Source: Nanobdellota archaeon (GTDB lineage Archaea; Nanobdellota; Nanobdellia; Pacearchaeales; JAHJTO01). From it: a stretch of 64,000 nt of DNA. Within the stretch, counting starts at the first letter, position 1, and each line of letters starts with the position of its first letter. A program made the translations under genes and the position numbers. The notes under the pieces were generated by a model. The model did not search any database. It saw only the letters and a list, made by a program, of their open reading frames with translations, and was not told where the DNA came from. The stretch spans positions 9,583-73,582 of the forward strand of contig JBHPFA010000001.1 of assembly GCA_042572295.1 (NCBI GenBank). The letters run 5' to 3'. Shown one piece after another: positions 10,062 through 19,451 of this stretch.

Positions 10062-11132
10062 ATGCCTTATAGGGTAATAAAGTGGGGACATTACCTTACG
10101 AGACCTAAAGAGTTCTTAATTACAAATATTCTTGTTAAACGTTTTAAAGGAAAAGACCTTAAGAGACTTACTGGTCTAGGTTATGACAGATGGCTTTTTC
10201 TTAATAATGGGGAAGATTCAGTAGGGCTTTATTATGATGTTAAAGAGTTTGAGAGGAATAATCAGGCTGCGATGGCTTTAGTCAATGATTGGACTAAGCT
10301 AAAAAAATTATTTTCTCAAGGAAAAGAAGTAGTTAAAGAAATTGAAGAGATGATTGAGAAGTTTAAGCAAGAGAGGCCTCAAATTAGTGACTTGAAGGGA
10401 GAATATGTTAAGGTGGTGGATAAACTTATTGATTATTTCATTTATGTTGTAGAGATTCCTTATTATTGTGGAGGAATCTTGGAGAAGAATAATCTTGTGG
10501 ATGATGGAAGATATTCTTGGATTATGAAGGAATGTGAAGATTTTAGATCTAAATCACATTATCCTGATTATTACAAGTATGTATTATCTTATTTTAAAGA
10601 AACGCTTGCAAATAAGTTGAATGTTAAGATTGAAGAGTTGGATTTGGCAACTTATGATGAACTTTTGTTGCTTATGGGTGGAAGGGATTTAATATCTCTT
10701 AATTTAAAGAATAGGGAGAAAGGTTTTATTTGTTTTTCAGAATTTGGAGATGAAAAATTCATTGAAGATGAAAAATTCCTTAAATCATTTTATCCTGATC
10801 AAAAAACTGTTAGTGAGTTAGAAGGCACTGTTGCTCAGAAAGGTGTTGCTAGGGGAAGAGTTTGTGTAGTTATATCTGAAAAAGATTTTCATAAGTTTAA
10901 GGAAGGAGAAGTTATAGTGACTATTCATTCTAATCCTTCATTTATGCCTATTCTAAATAAGTGTTCTGCAATAGTTGCAGATGAAGGTGGAATGTTGTGT
11001 CATGCTGCTATAGTTTCAAGGGAATTGGGGAAGCCTTGTATTACTGGAACAAGAATTGCCACAAAAGTTTTGAAAGATGGAGATTTGGTAGAAGTCGATG
11101 CGGATAAAGGTGTCGTTAGGAAATTACTTTAA
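10062..11132 (+). CDS. Protein with C-terminal PEP-utilising enzyme mobile (swivelling His) domain
   Basis: GRVCVV...AIVADEGGMLCHAAIVSRELGKPCITGT...LKDGDLVEVDA; start moved to ATG 10062. Confidence 0.85.
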   Translation: MPYRVIKWGHYLTRPKEFLITNILVKRFKGKDLKRLTGLGYDRWLFLNNGEDSVGLYYDVKEFERNNQAAMALVNDWTKLKKLFSQGKEVVKEIEEMIEKFKQERPQISDLKGEYVKVVDKLIDYFIYVVEIPYYCGGILEKNNLVDDGRYSWIMKECEDFRSKSHYPDYYKYVLSYFKETLANKLNVKIEELDLATYDELLLLMGGRDLISLNLKNREKGFICFSEFGDEKFIEDEKFLKSFYPDQKTVSELEGTVAQKGVARGRVCVVISEKDFHKFKEGEVIVTIHSNPSFMPILNKCSAIVADEGGMLCHAAIVSRELGKPCITGTRIATKVLKDGDLVEVDADKGVVRKLL

Positions 11133-12767
11133 TCCTGTAACTTCATAGATATTGATTGGTTTTACTTTTCCCTTTACTTTTATTGGAGGTAGGGCTTTTG
11201 CTTTGATTTTATTTTTTACTAATTTGTATGTGTGTTCGCTTATGAGTGTTTGGTCTTTTTTTGCTGCTGAGCAAAGCCTTGCTGCTAGGTTTACGCTGTC
11301 TCCTATGACTGTATAATCTAGACGCTTTTTTCCACCTATGTTTCCCACGATTGCAGGACCTGTGTTTATTCCTATTCCATACTTTAGACCTTTTCCTATC
11401 TTGTTTATGGTTTCTTGCATTTCTAATGCTGTTTTTACTGCTGCTAATGCATGATTTTTCTGATCTAAAGGAACATTGTAGGTGGCCATTATTTCATCTC
11501 CAACATATTTGTCTAATGTTCCACCATTGTCAAAAACGAGGTCAGTCATTTTTTCTAGATAACTGTTAAGTAATGAGACAACTTTTGCAGGAGTATGTTT
11601 TTCGGACATTGCTGTGAAGCCTCTTATATCTGCGAATAATGTTGTGACTGTTTTCTTTGATCCTTTTAGTTGTAAAGCACCTGCACCTTCTTCCATGATT
11701 TGCTTTGCAACACTTGGAGAAACGTATTTTCCAAAGACTTCACTTATCCACTTTCTTTCTTTTGCTTCTGTTGTATAGAATATTCCTAAAATCGAGAAGA
11801 AGCTTAGGATTACTGAAAATGTTGGATAAAAGAGATTGAAGATTATTCCTTTATCAAAAGAAAAGATTGCAAGGATTAAGTAAGCTAGTATAAGGAGGAT
11901 TGACCAAAAAGTTGCAAATCTTATTCTTGCCCAGTATAATATTAATGCTGTGATAAAAGATAGCATTAACATTGTTAAGATTATTGAAGAGTTCTTTTGA
12001 TATTCTAAGAATTTGTTTGAAAGTATGCTTTGTATTGCATTTGCATGTATTTCCACTCCTGGAAGAATCCCTAGTGGAGTTTCTTTTTCATCATGTAAGT
12101 CTTTTGCTGTTGCCCCTATCAAAACTATTTTATCTTTTATTAATTCTGTATCAAAGTCTTCTTCTAAAACATCTTTAAATGAAATTCTATTGTAAGGTTC
12201 GTGGAAATAAATGAAGTTTTTCTCTTTTAGTTCAACTTCTGAGTTTAGGTAATATTCTGATACTGCAAGTGAGAGGCTTTTTACTTCTTTTAGATCTCCT
12301 GGAGTGCTTCTTGCAACCCCATTATCTACATAGATGTTTGCAGCAGCTTTTTCTGTTTCAAATATAGGAAATAACCATTCTTCACATTCTTCTTCTGAAA
12401 ATTCTGTACATTCTGCAACAAGAATAACATTTTCTAACCCTTCTAATGTTTTTGATAGTTCTTCATCACCAGGCCCTTCTTCAAAGAAAGAAACATCTAT
12501 TCCTATTATCTCTGCTCCCTTTAAATTCTCTAAAGCCTTTGCAAATACTTCTCTTGACCAAGGCCATCTTCCTATTTCATTAATACTTTCATCATCAATA
12601 CCTATGATTACTATCTCATCAAGTGATTTTTGTTCATTGTATAATAAATCACTCATTCTTGTGCTTTGGGGCGAGAGAAATCCTGAAGTTAATAGCATAG
12701 AAAGCACTAATGTTACTAAGACTGCTGAAGATATGCTTGTAAATAACTTATTCTTCAAAAGTTTCAT
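11124..12767 (-). CDS. CHASE2-domain class III adenylate/guanylate cyclase
   Basis: IDDESINEIGRWPWSR and PGVEIHANA (CHASE2), 3 TM, FADIRGFT, DKYVGDEIMA, YTVIGDSVNLAARL. Confidence 0.93.
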   Translation of the reverse strand: MKLLKNKLFTSISSAVLVTLVLSMLLTSGFLSPQSTRMSDLLYNEQKSLDEIVIIGIDDESINEIGRWPWSREVFAKALENLKGAEIIGIDVSFFEEGPGDEELSKTLEGLENVILVAECTEFSEEECEEWLFPIFETEKAAANIYVDNGVARSTPGDLKEVKSLSLAVSEYYLNSEVELKEKNFIYFHEPYNRISFKDVLEEDFDTELIKDKIVLIGATAKDLHDEKETPLGILPGVEIHANAIQSILSNKFLEYQKNSSIILTMLMLSFITALILYWARIRFATFWSILLILAYLILAIFSFDKGIIFNLFYPTFSVILSFFSILGIFYTTEAKERKWISEVFGKYVSPSVAKQIMEEGAGALQLKGSKKTVTTLFADIRGFTAMSEKHTPAKVVSLLNSYLEKMTDLVFDNGGTLDKYVGDEIMATYNVPLDQKNHALAAVKTALEMQETINKIGKGLKYGIGINTGPAIVGNIGGKKRLDYTVIGDSVNLAARLCSAAKKDQTLISEHTYKLVKNKIKAKALPPIKVKGKVKPINIYEVTGLK

Positions 12768-12778
12768 TTTAATAAGAA

Positions 12779-13612
12779 TTAATATCGTTTTAATTCAGGA
12801 GGGATGATGCTAACTAATTCTTCTGGGATAGTTCCTTTCTCTATTTCTTCTTGTATGCTATATTTTCCATCTACCCAGTCATCTATTAGGTCTGCTCCTT
12901 CTTCATCTGATAGGCCTTGCTGTTCTATTATTTTATCAAATAATGTTCCATATTTCTCAGTATATTTCTTCTTGATTTCTTCTATATGTTCTTCGTCTTC
13001 TTCTAGGTTGTCTTTAACCCATTCATCTGTTACTAATTTTTCTTCTTTGTCTTCCAGGTCAGTATCATCTTTCTTGATTGTTATTTCTTTATCTTCTTCT
13101 AAATCATCTTTTTCTTTGTAGGAATCTACTTCAACTGTTCCATCTGCTACTTTGATTTTAGTCTGCTCTGCTTCTGAATCTACAGAGAATGCTGTTCCTC
13201 GCACTGTTGCTACAGCATTTGGAGTTGTGACTTCATAATCTGATATTCCGCTTATTTTTAGAATTCTTGACCAAGTCTTTCCTATTGATTGTGTTAATGA
13301 TACTGATTTTTGAGTTAATTCATCTAGTTTTATTTCTGTCTCTGCATCTAAACGCATTACAGAGTCTGAGAATATGATTTTGGCTTTTGAATCTTCAAGT
13401 GTTTTGACAGAATAACCTTGTTCTAATTCCATTCCACTCTTTGCATCTTTCCAGGAATCTTCAGCCTTATATTGTGTAGTTCCTTCTTCAAGAGATAATA
13501 CTGCTAAAGGACCCATTGCATAGAATGTTGAATAAAACCAGAATCCTCCTATTATAAGAAAAACTGCTAGAACACCTAAAACTCCAAGAGTGATCTTAAG
13601 CCCTTTACCCAT
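12779..13612 (-). CDS. Membrane-anchored FecR-domain protein
   Basis: N-terminal TM; YEVTTPNAVATVRGTAFSV...VADGTVEV. Confidence 0.85.
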   Translation of the reverse strand: MGKGLKITLGVLGVLAVFLIIGGFWFYSTFYAMGPLAVLSLEEGTTQYKAEDSWKDAKSGMELEQGYSVKTLEDSKAKIIFSDSVMRLDAETEIKLDELTQKSVSLTQSIGKTWSRILKISGISDYEVTTPNAVATVRGTAFSVDSEAEQTKIKVADGTVEVDSYKEKDDLEEDKEITIKKDDTDLEDKEEKLVTDEWVKDNLEEDEEHIEEIKKKYTEKYGTLFDKIIEQQGLSDEEGADLIDDWVDGKYSIQEEIEKGTIPEELVSIIPPELKRY

Positions 13613-13643
13613 CTCTTTTTATGTGCGTTGAAGTATTAAAACC

Positions 13644-15233
13644 TTACTTTTTCTTCTTAGTTTCTTTCTTAGGCTTTCTTTTAGCTTCAAATTCGACTTT
13701 TCCTCTTTGAGCGTATTCAGTTAAGTTTCCAATAAGCTGTAGAACATCTTTTCTTAGTCTTTCAAACTCCAATTTCTTGATTTTAACATCTTTCTTTTGA
13801 CATCTATCTTTTTCTTTGATTAATTCATCTAATATCTTTTGAGATGTTGGAGGGAGTTTTCCTGTTTCTATAAGGTCTTTACTGAATTTCTTTAATATTT
13901 GTTTTTCATTTCCTTTTCCTAAGATTGCGGAAAGAAGTTGCATTACTTCTATGCTTAGTCTCATTATTGTCTGTTTAGACATTCTTTCTCCAACTTCTTT
14001 TACTAATTTCTTTATTCTATCTAAGTATTCTCCTGATCCTTTGACTAATTCATCTATTTCTTTTCCAGATACCTCTTTCACAGTTTCATGCTCATATCCT
14101 TTGTATAGGGTTACGACTCTGTCTAAGAAGTCTATATACTTTTTTTCCAGAAGCTTTTCTTTTTCATAAAAAACCTCTCTCATAATCTTAACAGTCTCTC
14201 TTGGATTTGGAGGTGCTAGACCATATAACATTAAAGCTCCTTGTGAAGGATAAATAATAGACCAATAAATTTCTCCAGTTGCAATGTCTAATAGCTTTTT
14301 CTTTACAACTTTAGTTACACCTTCTCCTTGACTTACCATTCTTTCAATCGCTTCTGGTGTTCCTGTAATCTTACCCATCTTTAACAATAGTTTCCAAGGC
14401 ATGAAAGTTCTATTATCATATAATGGTACTCCATCTCTTACGAAAGTGAAGTAAACAGGGTTAGCTTCTCTTATTCCTTCCCAGAAATCTGTCAAAAGCC
14501 AGACTTGAGGTGAAAGTTTGTTTTGTACACCTGCAATCTCTCCAGCATCATAGACATAATCTAATATAATACTTCTTAGCTTATCTCTTAATTCCATTCT
14601 TGACATTCTTTTTACATCTGTATCATCAATAATTATTGTAACATCAACATCTGATGTTTTTACTGCTTGACCTCTTACGATACTTCCTGCAAGAACATAA
14701 CTTACTATGTAAGATTCGAATTTCTTTAAACATAAGATCTTGTGGACATTTGCTACTCTTAATGCTCCTAGAACTCCTTTATCATGCAGAACTGGTCTAG
14801 ATGCTGCAATTGCATCAATCATCTCGAATTTTCCATCTTGACATAATTCCCAAACATCACTTGTTAATGATAAGTGCACCCAGATTCTTGGTTTAATCTC
14901 TTGAGAAGTCTTAATCATCCAAGTTTTTACTTTTGGATATTCTTTTGCTTTGTCATCAGGCATTGTTACGTAAACGTGAAAGAATAACTTGTCTTTTTCG
15001 TTCTTCATCCCTTCTTCTTCAAATAGCTTTGAAGCTTCTGGAGGGATTAATGAAATAGAAGTTATGAATGGAAATTTCTTTAGAGCATCTTTCTTGAATT
15101 TCTCAAGCTTGTCTTTTAATTGCTCAAGCTCTTTCATTATTTTTTGTCTTTCTTTCTCCATTTCCTTCTTGTTTACTTCAGGATTTGGAGCGTTTTTCAA
15201 AAGCTCTTCAGCTTTTTTCTTTTCATCTTCCAT
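13644..15233 (-). CDS. Pol-beta-type nucleotidyltransferase-domain protein with helical (HEPN-like) C-terminal region
   Basis: GSIVRG....SDVDVTIIIDD motif followed by helical domain. Confidence 0.8.
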   Translation of the reverse strand: MEDEKKKAEELLKNAPNPEVNKKEMEKERQKIMKELEQLKDKLEKFKKDALKKFPFITSISLIPPEASKLFEEEGMKNEKDKLFFHVYVTMPDDKAKEYPKVKTWMIKTSQEIKPRIWVHLSLTSDVWELCQDGKFEMIDAIAASRPVLHDKGVLGALRVANVHKILCLKKFESYIVSYVLAGSIVRGQAVKTSDVDVTIIIDDTDVKRMSRMELRDKLRSIILDYVYDAGEIAGVQNKLSPQVWLLTDFWEGIREANPVYFTFVRDGVPLYDNRTFMPWKLLLKMGKITGTPEAIERMVSQGEGVTKVVKKKLLDIATGEIYWSIIYPSQGALMLYGLAPPNPRETVKIMREVFYEKEKLLEKKYIDFLDRVVTLYKGYEHETVKEVSGKEIDELVKGSGEYLDRIKKLVKEVGERMSKQTIMRLSIEVMQLLSAILGKGNEKQILKKFSKDLIETGKLPPTSQKILDELIKEKDRCQKKDVKIKKLEFERLRKDVLQLIGNLTEYAQRGKVEFEAKRKPKKETKKKK

Positions 15234-15398
15234 GTTTTATAGTCGTGAAATCTGTATATAAAGTTATCGTACCTCAGTAGTAAAGTGGGGATTTGTGGAA
15301 GAAATTGATATTTTTCGAGAGTGTTTTTGAGATGTTTGCCTTTTTTGTTTGGGCTTTTGAGGAAAAAGGTTTAAATAATATTGATGAAGAGATACCTT

Positions 15399-15442
15399 AG
15401 AGGTGTTAGCACTTCAGGAGCTTATTTCTGATTAGATGTAAA
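15399..15442 (+). promoter_or_regulatory. Conserved structured 5' leader, copy 1
   Basis: AGAGGTGTTAGCACTTCAGGAGCTTATTTCTGATTAG; TATA box TTTAAATA at 15370. Confidence 0.7.
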
Positions 15443-15895
15443 ATGGAAGATTTCAGATATGCAAATATAAGGGCCAAGTTTGAGGAAGCCTATCAAGGGT
15501 TGATGAAGTTATTGGGAAAAACCCCTAAAGAAAAGGAGCAAATCTCTGAACCTACTGGGGAATGTAGTGAAACTGTAGATAATCTTTATGGGAAAGCAAA
15601 AATTATCCAAATTGAGCGGAAGTCCGCTTTAAGGAAGGAAAGATTGGAATTGGAAGAGGTTCTGAAGGATTCATACCCTCATGATAAAAAATTCTTAATG
15701 CTTATGATTGAAGGCTATAGATTAAGGGAGAGTGCATATAATGCAAAATATGGGAAAAATCCTGTCTCTTCTGGAGAATATGTGAAATATGCGGATGCTA
15801 TTAGGGCCCATAAAAGAAAGATGAATGAATTTCAGAGAGAAAGAGTAGATTATTATAAGGATGAGTTGAAAAAGGAAAGATTCTCCCCAGAGTAA
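15443..15895 (+). CDS. Hypothetical protein
   Basis: 150-aa helical, charged ORF after leader motif. Confidence 0.7.
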   Translation: MEDFRYANIRAKFEEAYQGLMKLLGKTPKEKEQISEPTGECSETVDNLYGKAKIIQIERKSALRKERLELEEVLKDSYPHDKKFLMLMIEGYRLRESAYNAKYGKNPVSSGEYVKYADAIRAHKRKMNEFQRERVDYYKDELKKERFSPE

Positions 15896-15948
15896 TTTCT
15901 TGTTTGTTTAGTAAAGTTTAAAAGACTAATTATAGTACTTTTATCAAC

Positions 15949-16020
15949 GGCCCTATAGTCCATCGGCTAAGACGACTCGCTTACACCGAGTAGAGACAGG
16001 TTCAACTCCTGTTAGGGCCA
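15949..16020 (+). tRNA. tRNA-Val(TAC)
   Basis: Acceptor GGCCCTA/TAGGGCC+A, anticodon arm ACTCG-CTTACAC-CGAGT, T arm ACAGG-TTCAACT-CCTGT; no intron, CCA not encoded. Confidence 0.95.
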
Positions 16021-16084
16021 TTATTTCTTTTTAATCTTTCGAGTAGTAAGATAGGCTTAAATATATTAGAAATATGATATATTT

Positions 16085-16290
16085 GCTTAATTTGAGTAAG
16101 GTTAAGTTTTGATTTGGTTTCGGCCAGGTTAAAGCCTGATTAGATTTGGATTAAGTGTTTTTGGTTTCGGCCAAAATCCTCCTGACTTCGGTTAGGCAGT
16201 TAATAAGATTCAAGACTTCGGTTTTGGTTTTATGACTGAGAGGTATCAGAAGTGGAAGCTTCGGCTTCTACTTTAAAACCTCACCTTTTC
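16085..16290 (+). ncRNA. Candidate novel ncRNA of five UUCG-capped hairpins
   Basis: Own TATA box at ~16057; five stems closed on TTCG with many G-T pairs; no ORF; ends in CCTTTTC. Confidence 0.75.
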
Positions 16291-16345
16291 TAGTCAATTT
16301 AATCGGTTTTCGATAGGCTTATATATTAGAATTGTAATGAATTCT

Positions 16346-16387
16346 AGAGGTGTTAGCGCCTCAGACGAAATTCTGAGTAAAGATAAA
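16346..16387 (+). promoter_or_regulatory. Conserved structured 5' leader, copy 2
   Basis: AGAGGTGTTAGCGCCTCAGACGAAATTCTGAGTAA; TATA box CTTATATA at 16318. Confidence 0.7.
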
Positions 16388-17059
16388 ATGGCTGAAAATA
16401 ATGAAAGCGATGAAAGCGATATTAATATAGAAGATACATATGGGGGAAGAAGTAGACCTAAAAAGGCTTCTCAAGAGGCTTTAAGGAGTGTTATAGATTA
16501 TAGGAGAAAAAGGATAGAACAAGAAAAATTAGAGCAGAGAAACAGGAGTCTGGTTGGAGGTATTATAGAAGGTACCAGGGCTTGTTCAAAAATAAAGGAA
16601 AAAAAACATATTATGGCTAGAGAAATAATTCTTGGCTGTAAGAGAAAGGATGTTGAATTCTTGTGTTATGAATTTAATATTAAGGGAAATTTAGATAGAA
16701 AAAGGTCTGTGAAAATTCTGAAAAAGATAGGTAAATCTTTGTATAAAGAGGATGCAGAAAAACATCAGGTTTATTCAACTAGGAAAGAAGGTCCTGAAGA
16801 ATTTCAGGGTTATATGGAGTCTTATTTAATCTGGCCTGCTTTTCAGTATAGTAAAGTCGATAGTGTAAAGATTACCACAAATAAAAAAAGAAAGAATTCT
16901 AAGTTATCTATTATCCTTGCAAGACCTGATTATCAACTTATAGATGAAGAGGGGGATTATGATCTTGGTTTTTTTGATCAGCAGGCAGGATCTATTCTTG
17001 AAAAAGTTAATGATTATATTAAAAAGTCTAATTCTGGTAAGAAGAAAATAAAAAAATAG
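16388..17059 (+). CDS. Hypothetical protein
   Basis: ORF track start 16337 lies upstream of the inferred TSS; ATG 16388 follows the leader motif. Confidence 0.7.
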   Translation: MAENNESDESDINIEDTYGGRSRPKKASQEALRSVIDYRRKRIEQEKLEQRNRSLVGGIIEGTRACSKIKEKKHIMAREIILGCKRKDVEFLCYEFNIKGNLDRKRSVKILKKIGKSLYKEDAEKHQVYSTRKEGPEEFQGYMESYLIWPAFQYSKVDSVKITTNKKRKNSKLSIILARPDYQLIDEEGDYDLGFFDQQAGSILEKVNDYIKKSNSGKKKIKK

Positions 17060-17076
17060 TTAGAGAATGTTCTTGA

Positions 17077-17496
17077 TTATTCGTGTTTTAGCCCTTGCTT
17101 CAATGTATTCAAAAGAAGTGTTGCACATTTCAATCTTGTAGCACCTAATGCTTTGATTCCTAATATTTCTAAGACATCATCTTTTGTCATAGTTTGTATC
17201 TTCTCTATAGATTTTCCTTTTATTGCTTCTGAGACCATTGATGCACTTGCAATTGAGATTGAACAACCAAAAGCATCGAATTTGATATCTTTTAATATTT
17301 TATTTTCAAAAAATGCATAGACTTCCATCTCGTCCCCACAAACAGGGTTCACTTCACGTGCTCTTAATGTGTAAATTGTCAACTTTCCTGTGTTTTTTGG
17401 GTTTCTATAGTGTTCTATGATATTCTTCTTGTAGATTTCAGATTCTTTTGTTTCTGTGTGGTCGACTGTTGGGTCAACACAATCCATCACTGCCAT
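17077..17496 (-). CDS. Fe-S cluster scaffold, SufU/IscU family
   Basis: EHYRNPKN, NPVCGD, GCSISIASAS, RLKCA. Confidence 0.9.
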   Translation of the reverse strand: MAVMDCVDPTVDHTETKESEIYKKNIIEHYRNPKNTGKLTIYTLRAREVNPVCGDEMEVYAFFENKILKDIKFDAFGCSISIASASMVSEAIKGKSIEKIQTMTKDDVLEILGIKALGATRLKCATLLLNTLKQGLKHE

Positions 17497-18755
17497 TATT
17501 GGCCTCCGGTTGGCTGTGCAAAGATCTCTTGGACTTTTTTCACAGCTTCAACTAATCTGTCTATGTCTGATTTTGTGTTATAGAAATGTAAAGATGCTCT
17601 ACAAAGTGCTTTTACTCCAAGAACTTCAACTACTAGGGGAGCAGCACACATCTGTCCTCCACGGATTGCTATTCCATTTGAGTCTAAAATTGAAAGAACA
17701 TCATGAGGGTGCACTCCTGCAATGTTAAAAGGAACTATTCCAGATTCTGGTTGTTTTGGACCATATAATTCTACTCCGGGGATTTCTTTTAGTTTATCAA
17801 AAGCGTATTGTGTTGTTTCTTTTATCTGAGATTCTATTTTTGAGATTGTGATTTTGTTTATGTAATCGATTGCAGCTCCTAATCCTATAGCTTGCGCAAT
17901 CTTTGGAGTTCCTGCTTCGAATTTCCAAGGAACTTCATTCCATTTTGCTCTGTAGAAAGTAACATCTCTTATCATTTCTCCACCATACATGAATGGAGAC
18001 ATTTCTTCCAAGACTTCTTTCTTTCCATATAATACTCCAATACCTGTTGGGCCTAACATCTTATGTCCTGAGAATGTGTAGAAGTCACAATCTAATTCTG
18101 TCATTGAGATTGGTATGTGTGGTGCTGCTTGAGCCCCATCAACAATCATGAAAGCTCCTTTTTCATGTGCAAATTGTGCAAGTGTCTTTATGTCATTTAT
18201 TGTTCCTAAAACATTTGAGACATGGACTACTGAAACTATTTTTGTCTTTTCTGTTATTTGTTCCCTTGCATGTTCCATATCTAATTTTCCTGAATTATCA
18301 ACTCTTATGAATTTTAGTTTCAATCCTCTTTCTTCAGAGAGTTGCTGCCATGGAACTAGATTGCTATGGTGTTCCATTTGTGAGATGACTATTTCATCTC
18401 CCCTTCTTAGGTGTTTTGTTAAGGAATATGCTAAAAGATTAAGTGATTCTGTAGTCCCACTTGTAAAGATTATCTCTTTGAAGTCTGCATCTATGTATTC
18501 TGCTATCTTTTTTCTTGCAAGTTCATATTGCTGAGTCGCTTTTTCACTTAATTTGTGAACTCCTCTGTGGACGTTAGCGTTGTATTCTTTGTAGTATTTA
18601 ATAATTGCATCAAGAACTTGGTTTGGAGTTAGAGAGGTTGCACCATTGTCTAGGTAGACTAATGGCTTTCCATTTATTGTTTGATTTAGGATAGGAAAGT
18701 CTTGTCTGTGAGATTCGATTCCAGACTCTGTTTTTAACCAACTAAATAATCCCAT
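17496..18755 (-). CDS. sufS: Cysteine desulfurase, SufS family
   Basis: YLDNGATS, NVHRG, MEHHSN, DGAQ, FSGHKMLGPTG, EAGTP, RGGQMCA; start taken at MGLFSW. Confidence 0.93.
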   Translation of the reverse strand: MGLFSWLKTESGIESHRQDFPILNQTINGKPLVYLDNGATSLTPNQVLDAIIKYYKEYNANVHRGVHKLSEKATQQYELARKKIAEYIDADFKEIIFTSGTTESLNLLAYSLTKHLRRGDEIVISQMEHHSNLVPWQQLSEERGLKLKFIRVDNSGKLDMEHAREQITEKTKIVSVVHVSNVLGTINDIKTLAQFAHEKGAFMIVDGAQAAPHIPISMTELDCDFYTFSGHKMLGPTGIGVLYGKKEVLEEMSPFMYGGEMIRDVTFYRAKWNEVPWKFEAGTPKIAQAIGLGAAIDYINKITISKIESQIKETTQYAFDKLKEIPGVELYGPKQPESGIVPFNIAGVHPHDVLSILDSNGIAIRGGQMCAAPLVVEVLGVKALCRASLHFYNTKSDIDRLVEAVKKVQEIFAQPTGGQ

Positions 18756-18756
18756 T

Positions 18757-19251
18757 TTATTCTTCGTCACATACACAATCGTGATCATCACGATACTCCC
18801 TTGTAAACTTCTTATTAAATTCCTCTTGCTCTTTAAGAGCTTTTTCGTGTTGCTTTGATAGTGTTTCAGGAATAGCTTTATTGTTCTTTTTTAAGTAGTT
18901 GTAGATAGCTTCTTTTATGCCCCCTTCTGCAAGTTCAGAACAGTGGTGTTTTGATTCTGGTAAGTCTTCTAAATAATCCACTATATCTTTTGTTGTTATT
19001 AAGATTGCTTCATCTAATGTCTTACCTATTGCTATTTCTGCAAGAACGTTTGCGGTTGCAATAGCAGCTGCACAACCCAAGGTCTCGAATTTAACATCTT
19101 TTAGTCTGTTGTCTTCAATTATGATGTAGATATCTGTGACGTCTCCACATAAGATGTTTCCAATTTTTCCATGGCCATCATATTTTTCGGGCTTGCCTAG
19201 GTGTGTTGGATTCTTGAAATTCTGCATTATCTTTTCTGAATATAAGCTCAT
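18757..19251 (-). CDS. Fe-S cluster scaffold, NifU-N/IscU family
   Basis: YSEKIMQNFKNP, GNILCGD, GCAAAIA, KHHCS. Confidence 0.9.
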   Translation of the reverse strand: MSLYSEKIMQNFKNPTHLGKPEKYDGHGKIGNILCGDVTDIYIIIEDNRLKDVKFETLGCAAAIATANVLAEIAIGKTLDEAILITTKDIVDYLEDLPESKHHCSELAEGGIKEAIYNYLKKNNKAIPETLSKQHEKALKEQEEFNKKFTREYRDDHDCVCDEE

Positions 19252-19451
19252 TTTGATTTCTCCATTGTGTCATTAATCTCTTTTACTAGTTTCTTGATAT
19301 CTATCCCATGTACTTTTGCACCATCTGCTAGAGATTCTTGCATTGCAAAAGGACAACCTACACATCCCATACCATATTCTGATAGAATTTCATGTGCTTT
19401 TGGGACTGACATTAATACTTCATTCATTGGTGTGTCTTTTGTTATTTTCAT
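19248..19451 (-). CDS. DUF1858-family protein
   Basis: ITKDTPMNEVL...YGMGCVGCPFAMQESLADGAKVHGID. Confidence 0.85.
   Translation of the reverse strand: MKITKDTPMNEVLMSVPKAHEILSEYGMGCVGCPFAMQESLADGAKVHGIDIKKLVKEINDTMEKSK

Noticed and set aside
15399..15442. Leader as a preQ1-I riboswitch (similar AGAGGT start)
   Set aside because: Lacks the preQ1 loop and A-rich tail consensus, and no que genes are downstream
16085..16290. Hairpin region as SRP RNA, RNase P RNA or a CRISPR array
   Set aside because: No SRP helix-8 motif with GNRA loop, no RNase P P4 consensus; only the loops repeat, with no constant repeat-spacer period and no cas genes
16337..16387. ORF-track start at 16337
   Set aside because: Lies between the TATA box and the inferred TSS; the extension is the conserved leader, so ATG 16388 is preferred
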